Assembly: GCF_002113885.1 (NCBI RefSeq)
Contig: NW_018480064.1
Span: 821,619 to 885,618 of the forward strand
Length of the DNA stretch: 64,000 nt
Direction: 5' to 3'
Source of the DNA: Mizuhopecten yessoensis
Taxonomy: Eukaryota
A program made the translations under genes and the position numbers. Below, in pieces: positions 1 to 12,937 of the stretch (position 1 is its first letter; each line of letters begins with the position of its first letter). Under the pieces are notes generated by a model. It saw nothing but the letters and a program-made list of their open reading frames with translations. It had not been told where the DNA came from and searched no databases.

Positions 1-1730
1 ACTGATATTGGGCCTGTAGCATGCTTTGATGATGGGTTACCAAGTTTGTGCAAATGAATGACCTTGACCCACTTTCAAGGTCACAGGGGTCAAATGTCTT
101 AAAATCTTCAAATAACTTCTTCTCACTAACCAAAAGGCCAAGGGTACTGATGTTGGGCCTGTAGCATGCTGGGATGAAAGGCTACCAAGTTTGTCCAAAT
201 GAATGCCCTTGTCCCCCTTGCAAGGTCACAGGGGTTAAATGTCTTAAAATCTTAAAATAACTTCTTCTCACTAACCAAAAGACCAAGGGTACTGATGTTG
301 GGCCTGTAGCATGCTTTGATGATGGGTTACCAAGTTTGTGCAAATGAATGGCCTTGACCCACTTTCACGGTCACAGGGGCCAAATATGTTAAAAACCTGT
401 AATACAACTTCATCTGGATAACCAAAATGACTAGGATGATGATGATATTTGACCAGTAGCATGCTTGAAAAAAGGACTACCGAGTTAGTCCAAATGTAAA
501 AACATTTTAACAACATCTTCTGAATAACCAAGAGGTATAAGGTGATGATATTTTGCCAGTAACATGCTCGGATGAAGGGCTACCGAGTTTGTTCAAATGA
601 ATGTCCTTGACCAACTTTCAAGGTCACAGGGGTTAAATGTCTTAAAATCTTAAAATAACTTCTTCTCACTAACCAAAAGGCCAAGGGAACTGATGTTGGG
701 CCTGTAGCACGCTGGGATGAAAGGCTACAAAGTTTGTCCAAATGAATGCCCTTGTCCCCCTTGCAAGGTCACAGGGGTCAAATATGTTAAAAACCTGTAA
801 TACAACTTCTTCTGGATAACCAAAATGCCTAGGATGATGATGATATTTGACCAGTAGCATGCTGGAATAAAGGACTACCGAGTTAGTCCAAATGTAAAAA
901 CCTTTTAACAACATCTTCTGAATAACCAAGAGGTATAAGGTGATGATATTTTGCCAGTAACATGCTCGGATGAAGGGCTACCAAGTTTGTTCAAATGAAT
1001 GACCTTGACTTATATTCAAAGTCACAAGGGTTGGATATGTTAAAAACCTTTAAAAGAACTTCTTATGAATAACCAAGAGGCTTAGGGTGATGATATTTGT
1101 TTAGTAGCATGCTGGGATGAATGGCTACAAAAGTTGTTCAAATGAATAACCTTCATCTTTTTTCAAGGTCACATGGGTCAAATATGTTTTAAATCTTTAA
1201 ACAACTTCTGATTAACCAAGAGGCCTAGAATAATGCCAGATATATACTGGGATGAAGGACTACCAAGTTTGTTCAAATGAATGAACTTGACATATATTCA
1301 AGGTCACAGGGGTCAAATATGTTAAAAACCTTTAAATGACTTCTTAATAAGCAAAAGGCCAAGAGTGATGATATTTGGCCATTAACATGCTGGGATGAAG
1401 GACTACCAAGTGAATGACCTTCGCCAATATTCAAGGTCATAGTGGTTAATATATGTTGAAATCTTTAAATGATTTGTTCTGTATAACCAAAGATCCAGGG
1501 TAATGATATTTTGCCAGAAGCATGCTGGGTTGGAAGACTATAAACTCTGTTCAACCTAATTTCCTTATTCAACATTCAAGGTCACAGGCGTCATATGTTT
1601 AAATCTGTTAATAGGTTCTTATGAATAAAACACTGATATTCTACCTGAAGCTGTATTTTAGTCCACTTTTAAGATTACAAGTGTGAGATTAATACCAGGT
1701 GAGCGATGCAGGCCCATTGGGGCTCTTGTT
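1..1730 (+). mobile_element. Non-autonomous Helentron/HINE (DINE-1-like) element with internal ~145-bp tandem repeats; 5' end lies outside the window
   Basis: About 11 repeats containing TCAAGGTCACAGGGG and a 398-bp higher-order duplication. The 3' end CAGGTGAGCGAT..GGCCC att GGGGCTCTTGTT (sub-terminal repeat plus hairpin) is typical of this class. Confidence 0.75.
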
Positions 1731-1766
1731 TGTAATAGAATAATTTCCCATGGTTGCTTTATTATC

Positions 1767-1802
1767 CAGGTGAGTAATACAGGCCCTCTGGGGCTCTTGT
1801 TT
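1767..1802 (+). mobile_element. Second HINE-type 3' terminus
   Basis: CAGGTGAGTAATACAGGCCCTCTGGGGCTCTTGTT, a near copy of 1696-1730. Confidence 0.6.
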
Positions 1803-2287
1803 ATCAGATATACTACACCCTCCAATGGCTTATTTGTTTCTTTAAATTTAAGTATTATGCCTTTATACGAATCCAAGGCCAAGGTTACTGTTGCTAAAAA
1901 TAGAATTTTACACAAAAAGTGCATGTTATCACTCTAGTGAATTATTTGTCAGATTTTTCAAAAGCTTGACAGTTATGTTTGCTGTTGACATACCTTAGAC
2001 AAGTTCAAGTATGGTTGCCATTTGTCAAAGGTCACAGTAACCATTACTAAATATAGAATTTAACAAGAAATAACTTTTAATATCTCCATAGATCAGCAAG
2101 GGAAGGGGATAGTTATCGAGTCTTTTTCACTAGCTTTAAATAAATGTGAACTTATTTATTTTACAACAGTTATGAAACAAGTTATTAATCACTCTTTTTT
2201 GCCTGGATATAAGTGTGCTGGGGGTCTTAATTTGTGAGGAAACCGGAGTGGTCGAGCAGGTGAAGCCAATGCCTTTTCATATGATGG

Positions 2288-2520
2288 TGGGCTATTCAAA
2301 TCACCCTTCGTCCATGGTCTTTCGTCTGCTCTTCGTCTGTCCGTTGTCTGTCATCCGTCCTTAAACAATACTTGTTATCGTTATTTCTCAGAAAGTCCTG
2401 AAGGGATCTTTTTCTAATTTGACATGTAGGTTCCCCTTGATCCTAAGTTGTACATGTTCATTTTGAGAGTGATCATAAAAACAAGATGGCCGAAGGAAGG
2501 ACTTAACGGATCTTTCTCAT
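2288..2520 (+). mobile_element. 5' fragment of another HINE-like element
   Basis: GGGCTATTCAAATCAC, followed by a degenerate (CGTC/GTCT/GTCC)n microsatellite and CAAGATGGCCG, as seen in bivalve HINE 5' modules. Confidence 0.5.
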
Positions 2521-3009
2521 ATTGCAAAGATCTATTCTATTTCTTTCACATTAAGTGCTGTACTAGTAAATATATGAAACATCTTTTATACACAGCAGTA
2601 TTAAGTTTAGATCAAATTTTACTTCAAGAAGCTTATTAGATATTTGTATCGTAAGCTTGGCTCCTTTTAACTTTTCAATGTCCCTTTTGAAGAGGTTGAA
2701 CAAGTTTCAATATTGAATCCTTTGGTTATTTTGTGTCAAATCTGATGTATTTTCTTTTCATCAAAAGTTGACAATGATGTAGAATTATCAATCACCCAGA
2801 TTGATGATAAAGGGAGGATGTAGGACATAGTTTTAGGGGGGGAATCACCAGCATGGATAACTTTGTCATCAGATACAGAAATGTCCGATATACTTGGTAA
2901 CAGAAACACAGACAAGAAATGTCTTTTGAAAAATAAATCTCTTTATTTGCTTAAAATACAGGCACGGAGTATTTCTAAAATACTGAGTGTTCTGACTTGT
3001 ATGCTGCAG

Positions 3010-4590
3010 GAATCAAACTGCTAGACTTTAGTGGATGCGAGTTATATGTGCGAATTCATCATTATTTTTGTATGAGCGTGTATAAGTGAATCATTTGTGT
3101 GAGTGAGTCACTTTTGTATGAGTGTGTACTGAGTTATATGTTTGTGTGAATCTGAATCACTTACTTGTGTGTTGAGAGTCAAATGTATATATATATATGT
3201 GATAGAATCAGTTTTGTTTGTGTGTTGCTGAATCACTTGTTTGTGCGAGTCACTTCCGTATGAGTGTTGCTGAATCACTTGTTTGTGTGAGTCGCTTGTG
3301 TATGTGTGTTGTGAGTCACTTGTGTATACATGTGTGTGTACTGAGTTATATGTTTGTGTGTTGCTGAATCACTTGTTTGTTTGAGTCGCTTGTGTATGTG
3401 TGTTGTGAGTCACTTGTGTATGTGTGTGTACTGAGTTATATGTTTGTGTGTTGCTGAATCACTTGTTTGTGTGAGTCGCTTGTGTATGTGTGTTGTGAGT
3501 CACTTGTGTATGTGTGTGTACTGAGTTATATGTTTTGTCTGAAGCTGAATCACTTGTTTGTGTGAGTCACTTCCATATGAGTGTTGCTGAATCACTTGTT
3601 TGTGTGAGTCACTTCCATATGAATGTTACGAATCACTTGTTTGTGTGAGTCACTTTTGTATGAGTGTTGCTGAATCACTTGTTTGTGTGAGTCACTTCGT
3701 ATGAGTGTTGCAGAATCACTTGTTTGTGTGAGTCACTTCCGTATGACTGTTGCTGAATCACTTGTTTGTGTGAGTTACTTCCGTATGAGTGTTGCTGAAT
3801 CACTTGTTTGTGTGAGTCACTTCGTATGATTGTTGCTGAATCACTTGTTTGTGTGAGTTACTTCCGTATGAGTGTTGCTGAATCACTTGTTTGTGTGAGT
3901 CACTTCGTATGATTGTTGCTGAATCACTTGTTTGTGTGAGTCACTTCCGTATGACTGTTGCTGAATCACTTGTTTGTGTGAGTCACTTCTGTATGAGTGT
4001 TGCTGAATTACTTGTTTGTGTGAGTCACTTCGTATGAGTGTTGCTGAATCACTTGTTTGTGTGAGTCACTTCCATATGAATGTTACTGAATCACTTGTTT
4101 GTGTGAGTCACTTTTGTATGAGTGTTGCTGAATCAATTGTTTGTGTGAGTCACTTCGTATGAGTGTTGCAGAATCACTTGTTTGTGTGAGTCACTTCCGT
4201 ATGAGTGTTACTGAATCACTTGTTTGTGTGAGTCACTTCCGTATGAGTGTTGCTGAATCACTTGTTTGTGTGAGTCACTTTTGTATGAGTGTTGCTGAAT
4301 TGTTTGTGTGAGTCACTTCTTATGAGTGTTGCTGAATCACCTGTTTGTGTGAGTCACATGTGTATGAGTGTTGCTGATTCACTTGTTGGTGTGAGTCACT
4401 TTTGTATATGTGTTGCTGAATGACTTGTTTGTGTGAAGTGAGTCACCTGTGTATGTGTGTCGATGAGTCAATTGTTTGTTCCAAGTGAGTCACCTGAGAA
4501 TATGTGTTGATGAGTCAATCGTTTGTTCCAAGTGAGTCACGTGTTTATGTGTGGTGCTGAGTCATTTGTGTATGTGTGGTGCTTAGTTAC
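3010..4590. repeat. Minisatellite, ~42-bp unit TGTTTGTGTGAGTCACTTCCGTATGAGTGTTGCTGAATCACT, built from ~21-bp subunits
   Basis: Period 41-42 bp read directly (3721 vs 3763); edges are degenerate. Confidence 0.95.
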
Positions 4591-5214
4591 CAATGTACAG
4601 GTGCTGCAATGAATGTTTTAAAAAATTTCTCTGTGAAATATACTTCAAAACTGAACTTTGCAATTAATTTAGATAAGCATAAAAGATGATGACACTCATT
4701 TTAGATTTGATAAAAAGTACATCAGAAATTCTATATAAACAGATTTATTATTAATTGATATAAGACTACTGATTTCTACTTAATTATAAATATTTCAGTT
4801 TGAAATTTCATAACTTTTTATAACAAATAAATTGATGAAATTTGATGATCTGATATTGTATGAGAATCAAGAATTCATCTTTTAATGCTCTAAAATATTA
4901 ATTATCAATACACAAATATTTTCTATATAAATATGTAACATGACAATAACCATGGTATGTAATGAAAGAAAAATATAAAGACGTCAATAAATAAATAGTA
5001 AATAAATAGATAATGAGATACTGTTATGTTCTCAAGAGTCTGGAATGATACGATGGAATATTTGAAGTGATACTCACAAAGTGTCTCACATTTAATTAAT
5101 GGCGGATATGACTGATACATCTGTTACAAAATGTTAAATGAATATTTTCATCTTAACAACACACAGGTTGCATAGGCATAACATACGTTATGTACAATTT
5201 ACTATCAGGTATTG

Positions 5215-5725
5215 TAACGAACCAATTCATAAATATTTACTACGATGAACCCATTCATAAATAGTTATTATGATGAACCCATTCATAAATATTTACTAAG
5301 GTGAACCATTTCATAAATATTTACTACGGTGAACTATTTCATAAATATTTACTACGATGAACTCATTCATAAAAAGTTATTACGATGAACCCATTCATTA
5401 ATATTTATTACGATTAACCCATTCATAAATAGTTCTTACGATTAACCCATTCATAAATAACCCATTCATAAACATTTATTATGATGAACCCATTTATAAA
5501 CATTTATTATTATGAACTCATTCATAAACATTTATTATTATGAACTCATTCATAAACATTTATTACGATGAACCTGCTTATAAATATTTATTACAATTAA
5601 CCAATTCATAAATATTTATTACGAAGAACCAATTCATAAATGCTTATTACGATGAACCCATTTGAAATAATTTATTACAAAGAACCCATTCATAAATCCT
5701 TACTATGATCACCCATTCATGACTA
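5215..5725. repeat. Minisatellite, 28-bp unit TACGATGAACCCATTCATAAATATTTAT
   Basis: About 18 copies, each with the internal inverted repeat ATGAA-ccca-TTCAT. Confidence 0.92.
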
Positions 5726-8700
5726 TAGTTATTTAATTATAATCATTTTTTTAAATTTCCTGTGAAAAGGTCATTTGTTCTATAAAAATAAGTTATTTAT
5801 CTTACATGGAAGCTTAACAAACTGACAACCATATTGCAATCACTGAAATATGTCTGAATGAGTTTGATTGGCTGGACCTTGATTGGTTGGATTCCCGATA
5901 CTTGATGACCAATGGCTGATTTCCATTTTTTTCACGGTGACTCATCCACCTATCGGCCAATCAAATCTCATATTATAATCCAACTCAACCAATCAAATCA
6001 TCCGACCCAACCAATCAAATCTCATATTATAATAATATGCTGATCTTATTTAACTTTTTCACTTAATACTAACTAAGAAAAACGCCTTTTGGAATGACAA
6101 AAATAAAGAAATATTATAAGATTCTCACATTTACAATGAATGATGTACACTAAAAAAAAATCAAGTGAAAAAATAAAAATAATAAACTCAATGGAAGATA
6201 AAGTTTGTCTCCAAAATGAAACATGGCCAACTGTTCATGTCAAAGGCATTCAAAGGTACTTTGTTACCTTAAAGGAAATATAGCATTTTAACAATTGAAT
6301 AAATATATAGTTAAACACAATGGTAATGTGTTTGTATACTTAATATATAATATGTACAATTCAGGGGTATTCATTGCTACAGATATCTTCACTCTCTCCT
6401 CGTAATTTAGTCAGTGATGGTAACTATTAAATAGCCACAATCACTAATTTTTTGAAATTATGAAATGTTTGGAATTTAATGGTTTAACGATAACATTAAA
6501 AAAATAAAATAAAACAAAATCTTAGAAGTGTATTTCTTTTGTAGTTTAAATGTTTTCCAGGTTTCAGATAAAACTTGAAATTGAATTACCTCCCCTTGTT
6601 CAATTTGCAAATACATGTACATCAGAACTGTCTCAATTTTTTTTTGGGAAAGTTACAGTGAGACTATTTTTTACAGTTTTATTCATAGAGATTACTTAAA
6701 TATTCTATTTACCTCCCCTTTTTCAATAGGCATACACATCAAAACAAATAAACACACAAGTTATGGACACAATTGCCCAAAATAAGGCTTGACTAGAATT
6801 CAACAAAAGACCAAGTATGTCGGTCTACTGTACTTCAGTAGTAAAAATTAAGGTATATTGCACAACCCCGGTATACTATGTATACTATATTCCCAATGAT
6901 CAAGTCTCTAGATCAAGTCAAATATTGACAGAATTGTTCTAATGATCGAAACAGATATATGCAAAAAAAAATAATGTCTATAATATTTCAGTTTACAATT
7001 TTATATCAGAAATACAAGTGTTAATAAGATAAATAATTAATGGGGGTCAATACACCTGGACCCTGTACTGTATATAAAACATTAACCAATTTACAACTCT
7101 ATATATCTAATCAACACCTGGTATCAAAATCCTCCTATAATACTGTATATGTTCTAATAAACACGCCTCCATGTGTATTTTACTGAGTGGGGCATAAGCA
7201 TCTGAAATTCATACCGTATATTTTCCAATAAACATGAAATCATTAAACATAGATCCTGTAGGGTCTGATGCTCGGTTTCCAAACAAAAATCTCGGGATAA
7301 CTGATGTAGCAAGGTTATTTCTATTGTTTTGAAACAAGTGAGTTTTGAACTGAAATTATAATTTAAATTAACTGATATTTGCTCAATGAATCTTATTACA
7401 ACACATACAGCATATCAGGATATTGTTTTAACCACACATTTTGGAATGAAAAATATTGGAAGTGAAAAATGTATAAAAAATAGTAAGTTCCATAAAAAAT
7501 TATAGTACCGTGTACTTTTCAGAAATAAATTTCTAAAACTTGAAACAAATTAATTCTCTGTTCTTCATTTGTTTGTATTATGTTTTGAAGCTCTTTTTTC
7601 ATTACCATACTTATTCTAATAGTTATACCTCAGTCTCTGATGTCAGCCGTGTATGACTTCTCAAGATTTTTTTCAAAAATGCATAATTTTCTTGGTAACA
7701 AAAACAAATTTTATGAGGATATAAAAAACAGTTGCAGACTTGAACTTTTGGCAATTAACGATTACTTTTGGAGCGACAATAATGACAGTCCGACCTTCTG
7801 AGCTCGATCAGAGTTAATAACTGTTCAGAGCAATCTAGAGGAAGCTTAGAACACGGAGCATTGTTAATTGTATTTGGTTTACACCATTTTTTTAAAGCAT
7901 ACTTTTTCCTAAGTTTTGTACTAATAAATGCTGAGCTACCACTAGAATAAATATGGTAATAAATCTGATATGATAACACCATTAGAACCAAGACTTTAAC
8001 CACTCCACTATTTACTGGTTTAAATCTTGATGACTGCTATAGTTACAGTATGATTGAGTTACTGATGAAAGAATAGTTAGAATTAATTTTTACGATTTTT
8101 TCCTAAATAATTTGTATCAGAATTATGCACACAATGAAAAATTACTAGGAATAAAACTGTTTCGCAATACTAGACGTTAGTTGCTAGTTTACATTTGTGT
8201 GTAACTTTTGGGAACTAAAATTCTAGTAAAAACAAATTTCACATAAAATTCCAGTTACATGTATCTAATTTTACAATCAATTAATGACATATTTCAGCAA
8301 CTCATATTCAATCATTTTTGTCCTGACCAAGTTCATAAGGGTAATACAACAATTTGTTTTATGGAGTCAATACTACAGTGTGTTTACCTTAACCACAGAA
8401 AGCCCGGTATATGCCATTTACAACATGATTAAGTAGACATTTCAATATCACAATATCAATACATACGGGGAGAGGATTGGGATTGAGTGAGAGGAACGTC
8501 ATACTCTCTAAAACTGTTAAATTAAGTCAATTTACCATCAAAATGCTCATAAAATTAAAAACAGATTCATCACATTTTTCAAAAACTACAAGTTAACCAG
8601 TATTATTGATGTCAAACACATTATTGGTTGGCTCTCTTCTGTGTTCGACCTGGTCAACATGTGGACATCCTTTATATAATCACTTCCTCATCCAGATGTT

Positions 8701-8854
8701 ATCTTCATGATAAAAATGAAACTATGGCATAAGGACACTCCTTGCCCACCCCTGGATTTCTCAAGACAGGTACCCTCCCCAAAAAATTGTCCAACATATC
8801 TGGACCCTACTACCCATGTTTTTTTTTATTAACAAAACAAAGGCCCTCTCCCCC

Positions 8855-9155
8855 AATTAACCAATGAGACAGGGACTTTCCTCCTGGGGTCTTATCAACC
8901 AATAAGAAAGAGACCTTCCCCTGGGTCCTTATCAGCCAATGACACTGCCTTTCACCTGTGCTCTATCGACCAAAGGACCCTCCCCCTGGGACTTTATCAA
9001 CCAATGAGACAGACTTCTTCCTGTGCTCTATATAGACTGATGAGAGACTGACGTCATCCTGGATTGAGTCTATCAACAAATGGAACAGTGATCCCCCCTG
9101 GATCTCTAAGCCAACGACATAGTGTCCCTTACCCTGGATATCTTAACCAATGATA
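8855..9155. repeat. Degenerate ~35-bp tandem repeat carrying CCAAT
   Basis: Recurring (c)cctgg..tctatcaaCCAATgagac pattern, about 8 units. Confidence 0.7.
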
Positions 9156-9343
9156 TGTAAATATGATGAACAATCATACTTCCTACAAACTGGCGTAATT
9201 CTTTAACAATTCCAATGTAGTGCTATTCTCATTAATATAAAATTCTTTAATAAAACAAAATAAATTATTCTCCAGTTCTGGAGATTTTTAAACATTTCTA
9301 CAGTATGTACATGCGTTGTTTCCATGGGAACACAAAATGGCCG

Positions 9344-9397
9344 TCATTCGCTACCACTGGTCTCAGTGGGACTGGTACGTGAACTTCTGTGCCTTGT
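9344..9397 (-). CDS. CBFB: Putative distal terminal exon of CBFB (TRHRSSRTSPTETSGSE* in phase 0; (D)KAQKFTYQSH* in phase 1)
   Basis: Strong acceptor cttatttttattttgtccacag|ACA AGG CAC. This is a GC-richer island in AT-rich DNA, compatible with the phase-0 donor at 58257, and followed by long UTR-like sequence. It parallels human exon 6 (ARRQQDPSP... / GKKTTRP). Confidence 0.62.
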   Translation of the reverse strand, partial: TRHRSSRTSPTETSGSE

Positions 9398-11602
9398 CTG
9401 TGGACAAAATAAAAATAAGTTTGTTAGTTATGGTAGGAAAGAATGATACTTGGTCAAATACGTTATTACACGGTTACGGTATGTATACAAGTAATACATA
9501 GTGCATTATTATAAACATCATATTCTGTATAAAGAAATTTCTCTTAATTATGAAAATGTAGTCATAATTTGCTTCTGGGTAAAGAGGTTGTCTACCATAC
9601 AATTGCTTATGACTAAATGAGTAACCAGTCACTCAGCGTAACATCAAACTTTGCCATGTACTTATTTTCACAGTTTTATTTGTGATTACATCACAATGGC
9701 AAGTTTTAGTACAATGAAAAAATATTAACAACCTAATGAACTCAACTCCAGAAGTCCCCAGCAAAAAACTTATTCTAACACAGCATAATTACTTGAAATC
9801 GTAAAACTGCCAAAAAGGAGTACCGACAAATATCTCCTGTTGTACAGTAACCTGTGCATTGTAAATGGTTGAATAAAGGTGATCATATTTTTAGTCTCAT
9901 AGGTATTTTGAGTACATCTGTGATCTAAAGAAACTAAACAATAAGCAAAAACATTTCAAGCTAATATCCATGCAAACATTCATGAAAATGTGGCAAAATA
10001 GGGTGTAATGGCATATTTTTTTTATTTTAATATTTAGCTTCATAAGTATACATGTATTGTACTTAATTAGAACAAGACTAGGTTATCTCCCTTTGAACCT
10101 TTTAGACAGTAATATCACAAAAACTAAATGAATAAATCTTCATGCTGCAATTATTTATTTTTTGATATCGTTAAAACAAGTTTCAACATGCCAAAGAAAT
10201 TATTTGTTTTATATTATATATAGTGTGATATTTGCATTCATATTTGTATATTGAGATACAAAATGTATAGAGGTAACTAAATGAGTATAATTTTTTCCTT
10301 TTATTGTTAATTTCTTAATGAGAAATCTTTCATGTTGTGAAGTTTGATTTCCACCATGTCAAATGATTTATAATGAGATTACTGTGAACATACTAAATCC
10401 ACCACAATTTTAGCCCATTATCAAATTTAAACAAAATAGTCCATCATATTATTATCACACCTAAATATATGCAATAAAAAACAGTATACAGAATTTCCGT
10501 TAGTGTCATATATGATAATTCAGGACAATACTAAATACCACTAAAATATCAAAGTTTATAGTATTCCTTTAGATTTTCATTAAACAATATAAATTAGTTT
10601 CTGGCTGATTGTATAGTGCTGTTAAAATGTGGAATCATATTGGGTCAGTTCATCACTTACTTGTTGTAATTATTGAAAATAACTACTATTTAACTTTTTA
10701 CTGGATTTTGAAAGCTTACTGGGCCAACAATTTCCTCTTTTTTTTTTATTAATCTGAAACAACTTCTTTTCTACTATAAAATGCAACAACTGGCAGATTG
10801 CTGACAATAAATGCAGATCTTAAAGTTCAGGATAAAAAGTAGAGATAAAAAAAACCTTTTTGCTTTAAAGCTGACTATACTAGAAATGTTCTGGTTGTCC
10901 TTGATAGGGCTTTATTAGATAGACTAGGACTTTCTGATTGCCTTGGAAGCTAACCAGACCAGTAGTCTCTAGTTCTCCTTGACAAAAGATAAAGAGATGA
11001 GTAATACCTATATACAGACAATAAGCTAGAGAGCTAGTGCCAATCAGGTAGTTAACAGCAGACACCTTTAGTACCTGTGTTCTGGTACAGGTACCACATT
11101 CCTGGTACTAGACTGGGGCCGTGACCAGTCACCTTGGTATGCTGACCACACAAATACCGGAAATCAGGGGCAGGTCAATACTATATACCCCTATAGAACA
11201 GGTCAGATTTCTCTAGCTGGACAATGACCCAGTTTTCGCTTGACCAGGCATGTTATTGCTCCTATCACAACTTGACATAATGGGTAAATAGACATTACGA
11301 GGTCATCAAAGTGGAATTCCCGTTAATGTTGTGTATAAAATGTGGAGGTGGTCACACCTGCTGACCAGCATTGTAGTATCATTGGATTAGTAAGTGTAAG
11401 GTGGGTTCTATCTCCCACTGTTGAGCCATCAGCTGCCTTATTGCCAGGCGTGGCTGTGGACTGCTATTATTATGAGTTAATAGTCTAACCTATGTGGGGT
11501 ATATGGGGGCAGATAAAGGAGTGGAGTTGATGAGTCGAGAGCCGTCCATTCTAAACCTGTACAGGTGTTTGTAATGATCTTCAGGTAAAAAATCGGACTT
11601 AC

Positions 11603-11666
11603 CCCTATTCTATTTTGAACCATCCGGATAGGAAATGGCCAATGTATTATTTACTTGTGCGTCCAC
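11603..11666 (-). CDS. Candidate cassette exon giving C-terminus VDAQVNNTLAISYPDGSK*
   Basis: gctaacgaggcattgtacag|GTGGAC...AATAGGG|gtaagt. It has a branch-like CTAAC, a consensus donor, phase-0 entry and a stop at 11610-11612, but the polypyrimidine tract is weak. Confidence 0.33.
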
Positions 11667-12299
11667 CTGTACAATGCCTCGTTAGCTCTCAAACTGTTCA
11701 AATACCTCCCTACATTATCAACAGATATCGCATACAAATGAAACAATCTCTCCCCTTCTTATCTACAACAGTAGTTCAGAAACAAGTAAATCTGGGGAAT
11801 TCAAAAAGTAACAATATTCAAGTTTATTAAAGGTTTAAAAAAAAAAATATATATATATTCAGATGACCATACTTTACTACGGAGAGACCATACTGAGTTG
11901 ACAAATCCCACTTTTTACACCCTGTGACCACACACCCTATTTATAGATACAGGTAATTCCAGGTCCTTAAAGAATTTTGTTTTATTCTAGGCATGTCCTC
12001 TTACTTAATTGATAAAATAGTTGACATTCCTGACTTACTTGTGAGCTGTTAAACACACATACAGTAAATAGTTGGAGTGTGTATATCAAACATGTTTAGT
12101 CTAAGTAGATACTTGGGTAAGATATTGGGTAATATAAACAAGTGAATTACATATTTATGTAGAGGAGCAACAACAAATGATAAAATTAGTACAATACATG
12201 TGGTCAGCATTTCAAACATTTAAAGGTAGAGCTAAAAATCTTACGATGGGTACGCTGATTGTGAACAAAGCTTTTCTGAATTTCATTATCTTTAAATTG

Positions 12300-12937
12300 G
12301 TTCTATAGATTTATTACGTTTTTGCCAGTGAAATATCGGATTCTATCAACTTGATAAAATTGATATCTTTCACACTGTGACAAATATCAAAAGTGATATT
12401 TTCATAGTGTGAAAATATCACTTTTTAGTATTGACCAATCATAACAGTATCTTCTATTTGCTGCTTTCAAAGGCAACGATATTTTGTCACAGATTCACAT
12501 GAAGCGACGATAGAATAAGTGGTTGTTATGGTAAATGTTTGGTACACAGACTTAAGTATTGACATATATATACCAGTAATGACATTTTTATAAGCAATCA
12601 TACCAGAAAATAGCAGAAAACGTCGAAATTGCGTTGAGAATGCCACTCAAAATGGCGTGCAGCCTTGTTGTCATGAGCGTGACGTCATTAGAATATGGGG
12701 CTAATAATTACGCTTCTGATTCCCGCCCTTTTTTAATGCATTAGATTTTTCATGTTTTATGCTTTAAAAATGTAATAAACAGAAAATTCAATGATGTCTT
12801 CAGTAATAACAAATATATTTCACGAGTGTGGCTAATATTTTGATATTTTTCACGAGTGAAAAATATCAAAATATTAGCCACACTCGTGAAATATATTTGT
12901 TATTACTGAAGACACCATTAAATATCCTCTATATATA
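12300..12937. mobile_element. Non-autonomous foldback element with hairpins near both ends (possibly Crypton-like)
   Basis: Imperfect hairpin at 12361-12420 and a perfect palindrome at 12795-12914, ending in AATATCCTCTAT. The family assignment rests on resemblance only. Confidence 0.5.

Larger units (their letters stand above)
2920..9343 (-). other. Putative long distal 3' UTR of CBFB (end uncertain)
   Basis: Lies downstream of the distal stop. AATAAA at 2942-2947 is followed by a GU-rich tract (tttcttgtctgtgtttctgtt). Several earlier AATAAA signals exist, e.g. near 4744. Pumilio-type TGTACATA motifs at 9304-9311, 6351-6358 and 5189-5196. Confidence 0.35.

Noticed and set aside
271-929. Two near-identical 86-aa ORFs
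   Set aside because: They come from the 398-bp duplication inside a non-autonomous element and show no domain similarity.
2237-2250. GAGGAAACCGGAGT, resembling a bivalve SINE core
   Set aside because: Too short to delimit an element; no A/B boxes seen.
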